NCBI RefSeq assembly: GCF_006345805.1 | Contig: NW_021836317.1 | Span: 1 to 64,000, forward strand | Reading direction: 5' to 3' | Origin: Octopus sinensis | Taxonomy: Eukaryota | Length of the DNA stretch: 64,000 nt | In this document: piece by piece, positions 52,916 through 64,000 of the stretch | Numbering within the stretch: the stretch's first letter is position 1 | Layout: each line of letters begins with the position of its first letter | The notes under the pieces: model-generated | Databases searched by the model: none | What the model saw: the letters and a program-made list of their open reading frames with translations, nothing else | Told to the model about the DNA's origin: nothing | Position numbers and translations under genes: made by a program

Positions 52916-53810
52916 CCTGGGTCTAAAGTGCAGCAACATTCTTCTTTTTACTGGGACTCGTACATTAAGTTGGCAACAAACCATCTCTAAATATATATAT
53001 ATAATATATATCTATATATATATAATTATATATATATTATATATATATATATAGATATAATATATTTATATATGTATATATATATATATATACAAATGTA
53101 TAAACATACATATATACACGCATGCACATTTATAGACACATGGTTGTGGTATAAGTATAGAAACACACACGTACCCACACTCGGGCGTACACTCGATACA
53201 CGGATGTCCACCCATTACTCATTGACTAATTTCTAATTCTCCATCAGGTACAGCATACATCTCATTAAGCTGTATGTCACCGGGGTCAGACATTCCTCAT
53301 ATCTTCATCCTATCTCTACTCCTCCACATCACCAAAATCATAATCACCATCATCGCCATTATTGCATCTAACACCACCAACAACAAAAAAAAACAGTTTT
53401 ATCAAAATTTTTGTTGATTTTTTCGAAATTTTATTACTTTTCTTTTTGTTGGTTATACATTTATTTATTATTACTTTATTTACTTATTTGTTTATTAATA
53501 TGGTTTTTCTTGTTTCTTCTGCGCAGAAAAATTTAAAAATTATAGTGTCATTATAAATATGCTATCGATGGATTGGTAAAATGAAACAAAGTTCATCTAA
53601 TAAGTTAAACAGGTTTGCGAAGAGCATTTCGGAATTAGACGGGGCGAGAAATTGGATTGCTCTTCAAAAAAAAAAAAATAATAATAATAATAATAATAAA
53701 AGATGAATAAATAAAATATGTATATATATATGTTATATTTCCAACGAACTGAACGTTATCATATCATTAAGTTTATAAAAATGGATATATGTTTAATATG
53801 TGCGTCTTAG

Positions 53811-54003
53811 ATTTGAATATGAAGAATCAGCTTCTGAAACTAGTGCTCCATTGGTTCTCGACGTCGAAGGTTCTGGTTTATCCGATCAACGGAACAACCT
53901 CCTCGTAGAATTCGTGAGCGCTACAGACATTCGTAGAGGTTTTAACGTAGTTATCAGAGAGATTCTGTGCGACACAGAATGTGACAATACTGACATGTTT
54001 TAA
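53811..54003 (+). CDS. Candidate exon encoding a divergent CUB-like C-terminal half
   Basis: Acceptor gtgcgtcttag; FEYEESASETSAPLVLDVEGSGLSDQRNNLLVEFVSATDIRRGFNVVIRE fits S..N.L.V.F.SD....RGF; many G-initial codons; no strong donor, stop at the SINE junction. Confidence 0.5.
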
Positions 54004-54362
54004 AGGCGGCGAGCTGGCAGAATTTCGTCTGTCGCTAAGTTTTGAGTTCAAATTTCGCTGAGGTCGACTTTACATTTCATCCTTTCTGGGTCAATAAATT
54101 AAGTACCAGTTACGCACTGGGGTCTATATAATCAACTTAATCCGTTTGTCTGTCCTTGCTTGTCCTCTCTGTGTTTAGCCCATTGTGGGTAGCAAAAAAA
54201 TAGGTATTTCGTCTGATTTTACGTTATGAGTTCGAATGTTGCCGAGGTCGACTTTGCCATTCATCCTTTCGGGGTCGACAGATTAAATACCAGCTGCATA
54301 CTGCGGTCGAGCTAATCAAGTGGGCCCCTCCGCAAAAATTTCAGTTCTTGTGCCTAGTCTAG
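54003..54362 (+). mobile_element. SINE family A dimer
   Basis: aaggcggcgagctggcagaa head, two gagttc boxes. Confidence 0.85.
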
Positions 54363-54460
54363 AAAAGTATATATATATATAGTTGGAAGTTACAAAAAAA
54401 CAAGAAAGGTGTGTAAACAACAAACAGTTGCATTGGTTTAATACATATTAGTTGATTATA

Positions 54461-54507
<47 letters not shown>

Positions 54508-57500
54508 TGCAGTCCATGTAAAGTTCGCTTACTGCGTTTCATTGAAAAGACGTTTCTCAGACTGAGTATATTCGAGAATGCACATCAACAATGTGGTTTA
54601 TACCGATCCCACAACTGCGTGATAGTAAAGGGCTGATTTTTTTGACTCAGTAACGACCTGGGAATGTTAATGTTATATTTTCTTTAAATTTATCGGCGAT
54701 ACAAATTACTGGTAATATTTTGTGATAGTATGATGAATGTCACATGTAAGAGATTTAAAAACTGGTGAAGCGGTGATCCACCATGCAATGAACTTTCTGC
54801 TTCCTGGAGCTGTTGAGATTTACCTTTTTAAAATTGTACTTTTTTGTTCTCTGTTTCCTTCATGGTTTTTATGCTGTTGTTTATTAAGTTGCTGTTATCG
54901 CTGGATAGACAGTATGATTCATGGTCTGATATGATTAAATACGAGTCAGTAGTAATAATTGTGTCTGTTGTTTAAGGGATGGTGATTTTATTTTTACATT
55001 CGTGTCGTGCTTTATTTAAATATGCAGGGTATATTGTGAGTGATATTTAGTTGCAACGTCCAGCAGTTACAATCCATTGCGGCTTAATAATTCTGTAAAC
55101 CGATTCACATCTCATAACATTTTTATATCCGAAACAACGGATGAATAGCAAATGCCATGGCATTTGTATTGCTCGTGGTACCTGTGTCAGGGGGAGATAA
55201 ATTATGACTCCACGGCTTATTAAGCTGACGTTATAAAACGAAGAGCATCGTCGTATCGGATTATCTTTCCATAAACTGGAAGCATATTTCACGATATTTC
55301 TATAAACTGGATACAGTAAAAGGTTCCCTTGGAGCAGATGATGTATTGCATTTTAATATAAGCTCGCTACCTCACAAATTTCTTGTTTATTACCAATGCC
55401 GAGTTCTTACACGACTTCACATTCTACGCTTCGCGCTAGGCGTTCACCTCGAAGAGAAGTTTAACAGGATATCAAGACCATTTTTGTATCATTCGATTAA
55501 GCTAATCGTTTTATCGATTCCCTGTTGTATATATCGATGATCCACAGACGTGCAGAGGAAGGATAACGAATATCATTTTCTAATGTGTACTACTTATGTG
55601 GGACACGGTGTCTTCTACTATATTTATCGGGAATTATAATCGAATGTCTTATTTGCTTTATGGTATATTAAGAAACAACACCTTAGCAGTGGTTATATTT
55701 AGTTCATATCTTTAATACCCTAATGCATGCCAATGCGCTCAAGATATTTTGCAATATTAGGAAGGATTATCAACTCTAAGAAACAAACTGATCTGATTCC
55801 CTATATCCCTTCACCATGTTTACCGATTCCAATTCCATTAGTGGAATAAATGATAATGTGAAATCCCACAAAAATATAATGGTATTTCAAATTGTAAATC
55901 CGTTTTGCTGTCCTTGGATTCCGTATCGGCGTAATGGGAGATCAAAATATCTATTACAACATATCTTCATATGCCTTCTATATTTAAGCATATCGGAGGC
56001 AAATACTATTGCAACAGACTTGCTCAATGATTACATCCGTTTCAACAGCTACTTTCTTGAGCAGTGGTTCTCAAACGTAATTTGTGAGGAATCCGTATTT
56101 GGTTTTCTAAGATTTGAAGAAACATTGGTTATCTTTGGCAGAAAAGACTCGACAATTTTCATTCTTACATGACATGAATAAAAGAAAACTTCTCTTTAAG
56201 ATAGTCACATAAAAATATCAGAATAAATGAAATGTTTTATCGTATGCGTGTGACAGTCATTGGGCTGTAGACACACAGGTGTGCCGCCTTGAGTGACACT
56301 GTCTCACAGATCCAATCAGGTACTTATTTTGAAGCCTGGCAATCTATAAGAATCCATTACCGAACTGCTCGGTTATGGGAACATAAGCAAAACAACACTG
56401 GTTGCCAAGCAGTGGCAGGGCACATACATATATATATGGCTTGATACTGAAATAAACTCAGAAACGAGTAAATTCTATACTGGCATTAAAAAAGAAACAA
56501 AAGTATTGGTTAGTCTTTTCTAAGATATGGATATCTGGAGAACAAACTAATATATTACTCATGTAGAAGGCAATGTTTATTAATACTCGGCAAATAAATA
56601 CAAGTGATTTATCTCGACAGAAATCCTTCATTGAAGTCTTTTCGATACGATCGAAAAATCTCTGGACCCATCAGTGTTCCGTTCATCCCAGGTGTTCCAA
56701 CCATGTTATTTTGTGTGTCTCTAATCAATATACCTGTATTCTTTTTGACGTTAGAGTAGCTTCTATTGATATTTCGCCATGTGATATTTTCCTATTAATT
56801 TCTCCATATTTCTCTTGTTATTATTATTATTATTATTTTTCGATTATTATTTTTTTAATATTGTATTCTTGTATGTTAGTTTGCCCCGTTTCAATTTATT
56901 TATCTATTTGCTCTGCTAAACTTTACGTGTGTCCCCAAAGTATCTGAAAATAGACGCCCGTGTAACAAGAAAATCAAATTCCATTTCTGTATTTCATATA
57001 TGATTGAACATTGAAACAATTTCCAAACAGTCTCTTTTTATATATTTATTTCCTTATATATATATATATATTGTTTTGATTTTCATTTTTAATGAGTTTA
57101 CTAGGGATGGATAACAAATATTGACAGGTAAGCGAAATGGAATATTGTGAAATAAACAACTTCCAGCACCAGGAATTAGCAGCGTGAAGTTAAGTTAATA
57201 GGGTTGATACGGATGAACAGATAATGACAGATTAGGACGCCATATTGGTAGAGGCTTATCTCTCACTTTATGTTGTTACTTGCTTGTTGTTGTTGTTGTA
57301 GTTGTTATATTTTCTCGTTGCTGGTAATGTTGGCGTCAGTAGCAGCGGAGGGGATGTTTGCGTTTTTGGATTTCTTCAGCTGATTTTCTCACAGACCTGA
57401 TCCAGAAGACTTGCGATCACAGGTGTTCCTATCATAAAATAATTCTACTTTTGTTTCACTGATAGTTAATCCAGGAGAAGATTTTCCAATGTGACCCAAC

Positions 57501-57637
57501 CCCTTATTTTTCATATTGTTATTTAATGCCAATAGCATGCCACAGATTCAAAAGTGTGTTTTATATAAGCTGTAATCCCGTACTGATATTTCCGGCTTAG
57601 TCCGCCGTGGACATAATATCGAATATAATATCGAATA

Positions 57638-57865
57638 AGCGGCGAGCTGGCAGAATCGTTAGCACGCCGGGCGAAATGCTTAGCGGTATTTCGCCTGCCG
57701 TTACGTTCTGAGTTCAAATTCTGCCGAGGTCGACTTTGCCTTTCATACTTTTGGGATCGATAAATTAAGTGCCAGTTACGCACTGGGGTCGATGTAATCG
57801 ACTTAATCCATTTGTCTGTCCTTGTTTGTCCCCTCTATGTTTAGCCCCCTGTGGGCAATAAGGGA
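57638..57865 (+). mobile_element. SINE family A, full-length monomer with target-site duplication
   Basis: acataatatcgaata at 57611-57625 and 57866-57880; clean A-box and B-box. Confidence 0.92.
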
Positions 57866-59855
57866 ACATAATATCGAATACAGTTTTATGTGTCATGACT
57901 AAGGCAACGGCAATCATGCTCTTCGTAGGTAAGTTCCTGGTTTTCTCCGGAGAAAGACACAGCAGTCGTTTACCACAAACTTCTGCTGATTAATTACAGT
58001 TTATGCTAAGTGTCCGAAGCTCTCCTAAGCTTACCTTAACGGGACAAGGGCCAGTTAATCCTACAAATGACATCGAGGGTTGTCCACATACTGCAGGTGT
58101 TTTGTGACACACAGCAAGGTGCCATGATTGTTTCGAGCTCCGAAGTTCTTAGTCAAAACACGACCTAGCAGTACATCTATAATTAGTGACTAATAGTATA
58201 CTCAAAACTGCTGTATTTCCGCGTTGGAAATCACAACGAGATTCTCTGAAATGTCTTTTCAGATTCATTAACCTTTTAGAGCCAAGATTATCCTCACTTC
58301 AACCTCTATCAAAGGACTAATAATATAAGTTGTTCCTTCCATCGACTCTCAAATTAGACACAGTACACTTTGGAATACTTTGCTCCAGGTATCCGTCAGT
58401 GTTATTAATTTTTAGCGCCAAGAAGCCTTTAATCGCAGGTGCCCTGGACATGACCATCATGACTAACGTTTCGTCACATAAACAAGGGGCACCACGTGTA
58501 TCGTTAGGAGATTTAGAAGAGCTTCAACTTTATCATAAGGGCTCTGATCAAAGTTAATTCTACTAAGGTTACCATGCTTTGTATTAAATACACTATCTTT
58601 ATGTTTATTTCACCCGTTTATTTCAACGTTCTCTAATCGAATATAATTCAGCAGTGATCTACAGAATTAAGTTTAGGTATTGCGTATCTACATCTACACA
58701 ATACAATCCTTTTTACCAGTTTTAAGACGCCAACGATAACCAGTTACCTATGTTTATCATCAGACTTGGAAAGTTGCTCAAAGCATACCATCAACGTATG
58801 CTATGTCTAACACAACCTTCAACAAGATAAGTGGAATGAAGATTTAGCAGCGGTGGTTATTCAGAAAGAATTGCAGACAAAAGTGCAAAACCTAACTAGG
58901 AAGCCTCTGTTTCTTCACTCTTTCTGCTGCACATGGTACGCAAAATTATTCAGGTCTCGGTTACCAGATGCTTTCAGATCGTTCTTCTATTATTCCTGAA
59001 AATACGCAAGTTTCCGTAGAATGTATATAAAAAGAAATAATGAATATGGCAATATGGAATGAGCAGTGCATGGATAAAACTATTGTTGGATCAAACTAAT
59101 GCAATAATAAACGAAGAGTGCGCCGAAACACTTGTGGTGAATCAAGGATAAAGCCTGTTCATTTCATTTTCTCTTATTAAAATACTGATACACACGCACA
59201 AACACACGCACACACACACACGCACATCCACACAGATACATATATTTGTGTTCATGTGTATGTATGTGTATATATATACAAATATATAACTTACATAAAA
59301 ATATATATTTACAGACAGACACACACACATACGCACACACAAATATTTCCTTTGGAATTTGGTTTGCGAGATTCTTTATGTGAGTTCGTGTGTGTTGAAG
59401 CATAATCACTGCAAGAGGCTTAATATCGACATTGTGAGTGTATATATATATATGATGAATTGATGTACATATGTCCTTATATAACACAATAGACTTATAT
59501 AAGCTTGTACAGTCGTGTACGTGGTTTGATAGAATGGTATAACGTATTTTTGTGTCCGTGTATACCACGTTCTATTGGAAGACCAGGAATTATTCTCCAG
59601 GCATCAACTTCGTACCATTATGTAAATAAGTTTATAACTAGACGTATTCCTGTTTACATTTTTATAAATAGCTTTTCTCTAACTATCATCTTTAGTTGAA
59701 AATGAGGATGTATTAATCGATTGCTTGTGAAACCAAGCTGCCTACGAAAGTCCCCGGGGTTGTATTTTCACGACCGGACAACATAGATACAGCTACGGTT
59801 CCTAATATTTACGCACAAAAATACGATAAGGCCAGACTTTACGTCAAGAACATTG

Positions 59856-60083
59856 CTCTTTTACTCTTTTACTTTTTTACTCTTTTACTTGTTTCAGTCA
59901 TTTGACTGCGGCCATGCTGGAACACCGCTTTTAATCGAGAAACTCGACCCCGGGACTTATTCTTTTGTAAGCCCAGTACTTATTCTATCGGTCTCTGTTG
60001 CCGAACCGCTAAGTGACGGTGACGTAAACACACCAGCATCGGTTGTCAAGCAGTGCTAGGGGGACAAACACGGACACACAAAC

Positions 60084-60155
<72 letters not shown>

Positions 60156-60403
60156 AGATATAATATATATATATATATTGTGTTGTGTGTGGTGTGTGTG
60201 TAATATATATATATCATATATATATATATATATTATATATATATACGACAGGCTTCTTTCAGTTTCCGTCTACCAAATCCACTCACAAGGCATTGGTCGG
60301 CCCGGGGCTATGGCACAAGACACTTGCTCAAGATGCCACGCAGAGGGACTCAACCCGGAACCATGTGGTTGGTTAGCAAGCTACTTACTACACAGCCACT
60401 CCT
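59856..60403 (-). mobile_element. SINE family B with greatly expanded internal microsatellite
   Basis: Head and tail separated by about 170 bp of mixed (CA)/(TA)/(TG) at 60078-60245. Confidence 0.9.
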
Positions 60404-61044
60404 GCGCCACATTGCAATACAATGTGAACCAAAATATTGTAAGTACAATCGTATATTAAAATATCACCATTGTAATAAAAGTAGCAGATATATGTTAAAG
60501 CTCAATGATCATCCAATGAAAATTAGCCGGAAATGGGTAGGATGTGCAAACAGTACCAATAATTTTGCAGTACCACAGCGATAATTACGAAGAAAATAAA
60601 CGAGAAAAACATTCAAAACTATTGCTTACCATTTCTTGTTCATCTTGTCTTTCCTATAGATCTGAGGCCAAAAATTCGAGGGATGGGCTAGTCCATTAAA
60701 TCGTTCCCTGTACTTATTTTTAAAAACCTCAAAGGGCCAAAAGGCAAAGTTGAGCTCGGTGTAATTTGAATCCCCAGCTTAAAGACGGCGTTACAAATTA
60801 TTCTGCCGACTCGCCATCATAAACATGTTCACATAATACTCTAATTTATTGTAAGCACGATGCCTGAAATTTAGTGGTAAGGGCTAATCGATTCCATCGA
60901 CCCTGACACCTAAGAGGCACTTATCGATCATAAAAGGATAAGATGCAACGTAAAAAAGAACCGAATGCTGCGAAGTTCTGTTAACTCACCGACACAAGCA
61001 TATGTAATATAATAGCACTATGATAAATAGACTATACAATATAC

Positions 61045-61212
61045 TTAAGCATTTTCGTCTGTCTTTATGTTCTGAGTTCAAATTCCGCTGAGGTCGACTT
61101 TGTTTTCATCCTTTCTGGGTCGATAAATTAAATACCAGTTGCGTGTTGGATTCGATCTAATCGATTGCACCCTGTTCCAAAATCTCGGGCCTTGTGCCTA
61201 GAATAGAAAAGA
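61045..61212 (+). mobile_element. SINE family A, 5'-truncated
   Basis: gttctgagttcaaattccgctgaggtcgactttg...gggccttgtgcctagaatagaaaag. Confidence 0.8.
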
Positions 61213-61970
61213 ACATACTTAGGCATTTATAGGTATGATCCAAAACCTTAAATCTAAAGACTGAAAATCCACGTTGCACTTAAATATTACATGCAACGCA
61301 TAATAGTCCTCCGTGCAACGCTGCTGGACCCCTCGTCCGGCGCCTCTGAATACCCAAGCAACGCAACTCGATTCTCCATTCAATGTACCAACATACTTAT
61401 TTCAATAAACACTTTAGGACCAACACTGTACTAAAGACAGTAGTAGACATAAAAAAAAACCTCGATACATGAGGTGCTGTTTACGAGAAATAACTCACGA
61501 TAAAATTTATCACACAACTCATAAATGACGTTCTTTAAGAACAACCTACCCGACATTGCGACAGTGAGCCGTAAACACAACATATGCATTATATAAATTA
61601 AGCACCAATTGAAACTGGTGTGTAAAATTTGAAACAAATAATACTTAAATTGTTAAAGACTATATCGATACCTATAAGTCAGCTTCACAGTTTGAATGGT
61701 TGATGTTTATAAAACATTAACCATTTAAGTGTAAATGTGTAAGGTGTGGAAGAGAGTGACAGAGAGAAAGTTGGTGACTGTGTGGGGAAGAGAGCGAGGA
61801 AGATAGAGAAAGATAGAGTGAGGGAGAGAGAGTGAGAGAGAGAGAGAGAGCGAGGGAGAGTTAATAATCCTGGCCAAGAAAATATGCATAAATAATGAAA
61901 CTATTAGAATATCGATGTTCTTTGGAATTACATGTAACAGATCGTCACTTGGGAATAAAGAAGTTCATCC

Positions 61971-61971
61971 T

Positions 61972-62010
<39 letters not shown>

Positions 62011-62235
62011 GGTCATAGTCATCATTACATCATTAGTATCATTACCATGGTGATGATAATCATCGTTTTTGCCCTCGCCCCCGTCATCATCGTCATCGTC
62101 GTCATATCTCTCGCCGTCAACAGCGCCGTCGTCTCGTCAACAACGGCACCAGCACCAGCACCCCCTCCACCACCACCACCACCATCACCACCACCACCAC
62201 CGCCGCCGCCGCCATCGTCCACGTCGCCTTCAAAC
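61971..62235. repeat. (CAT)n, (CGT)n and (CCA)n low-complexity region
   Basis: Direct inspection; source of the poly-H and poly-P ORFs. Confidence 0.9.
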
Positions 62236-62287
62236 ACATCACTGATATTCTTTATCTCATCATTTTTCTCTCTATCCATATTATATA

Positions 62288-62329
<42 letters not shown>

Positions 62330-62452
62330 GTATATATATGTATATATATGTACATAAGCATACCTGTGTGTACGTATGAATATATACATACATACATATA
62401 TATATAGATGTACATATATGTATATATGTGTGTGTGGTAGATAAATAAATAG

Positions 62453-62514
<62 letters not shown>

Positions 62515-62515
62515 A

Positions 62516-62552
<37 letters not shown>

Positions 62553-62555
62553 TAT

Positions 62556-62599
<44 letters not shown>

Positions 62600-63619
62600 A
62601 ATACATATAGATATAATATCTATATATATATATATAAGGAATACATATATATATACAAATATAACACAAAGAAAAAACAAATAAATTATAAATATAAATG
62701 AAATAAAACCCAAAATATAAAATAAAGAGAATTAAAATAAAATAATATAAATATAAACATGAAACCAGCTAGACAATTATTTTCCTTTGAATATAAATTT
62801 CCTTCTTGACATTTTCGTAATTCCGCTTCGCTTCGAAATGGATGGTTAGATAATAGTGTGAAGGAAAATATGCGTTGTAAGTTTAAGAAGAGGGTGATTG
62901 TGTTTGTTTGGTTGTCCTTGTACTGTTTGTTATGTGTATATAACAGCGCGCGTGTGTGTATAGAATTGTGTGTATGAGTGTTTAAGACTATCGATGTAGG
63001 ATTCTACATACATTCTCTTTTTCCTTTTTGTTGAAGGTTTGGGATCTTTAAATGTATACTACGGTGTGTTCGTGAATACACATATGCGTACGTACATACA
63101 TACAAATAAATATATATACATAGTTTGTACATAGTATTGCATACATAGATACCTACATACAAACAACACATACGTGCATACACAAAAGTATATGTACGTA
63201 CATACATGCATACATACACATGTACACACATATGCATATTATCTTAAATATATATAGGTATGCATGTATGCAAATACAAACACGAGTAAATTTGTATTTA
63301 TATATGTGTTTGTGTGTGTGTGTGTGCGTGTATATATATACATGTATATATAAATATATGTGTGTGTGCGCGTGTATATATATATAAATATATATGTGTG
63401 CGCTTATATATATATATATATATACATATATATATGTGTGTGTGTGTATGTATGTGTGTACATATAGATATATCAATGCATATATTTTTACATTTATATG
63501 CATATTTATTTTTCTGTGTATGTGAATATTTTTATATATACATACACATATACGCACATACACACATACACACACTAATATATATGCATACAAACAGAAA
63601 TTTACACATATGTAACCAA

Positions 63620-63660
<41 letters not shown>

Positions 63661-63744
63661 GATGTATGTATATATAGACATACATACGTACACAATATAC
63701 ATATTACATATACACATTTTATATATTATATATACATATATATC

Positions 63745-63775
<31 letters not shown>

Positions 63776-64000
63776 GATTGTACATATATACACGTACTTA
63801 TACAGAGGTGTGTAGCTACATGTGTGTCTTTCGATATGTACACACATACATGGTGCGTCATGAATGTCTATGTTTTAGCATCGCAAAATGTAGAAAGGCA
63901 TTAGGTTTGCGCTTCTTTTATTTTTTTCGTTTCTTTTCTTTTTGGAATGAATATAAAAGACATCATTACACCATTCCCATGTATAGTTTATTTCTTTCGT

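Noticed and set aside
55816-56172. 118-codon ORF
   Set aside because: No recognisable domain or splice context; its 3' part overlaps a hAT-like terminus (cagtggttctcaaa, about 56062).

Overview
AT-rich eukaryotic genomic DNA, extremely rich in microsatellites ((TA)n, (TG)n, (TATG)n, (TAGA)n, (GAT)n, (AAT)n). The repeat content resembles coleoid cephalopod (octopus-like) DNA; this taxon call is my inference from recognised repeat style, not a database result. Most ORFs in the supplied track are translations of simple repeats or SINEs. The supportable content is mainly transposon debris: two abundant tRNA-derived SINE families (here called A and B) plus minor families; dead fragments of CR1, RTE (two), an R4/Dong-like element, another LINE 3' end and a Tigger transposase; a Tc1/mariner MITE; a Helentron-type non-autonomous element; and Penelope-like tails. 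Short plus-strand exon candidates are scattered across the window (best: 53811-54003, CUB-domain-like), suggesting introns of a large gene that I cannot name or reliably assemble. The most interesting signal is a recurring architecture of (TA)n-embedded fold-back elements, one of which contains a nearly complete minimal hammerhead ribozyme (6212-6254, minus strand). I cannot establish a genuinely new biological system from the sequence alone.
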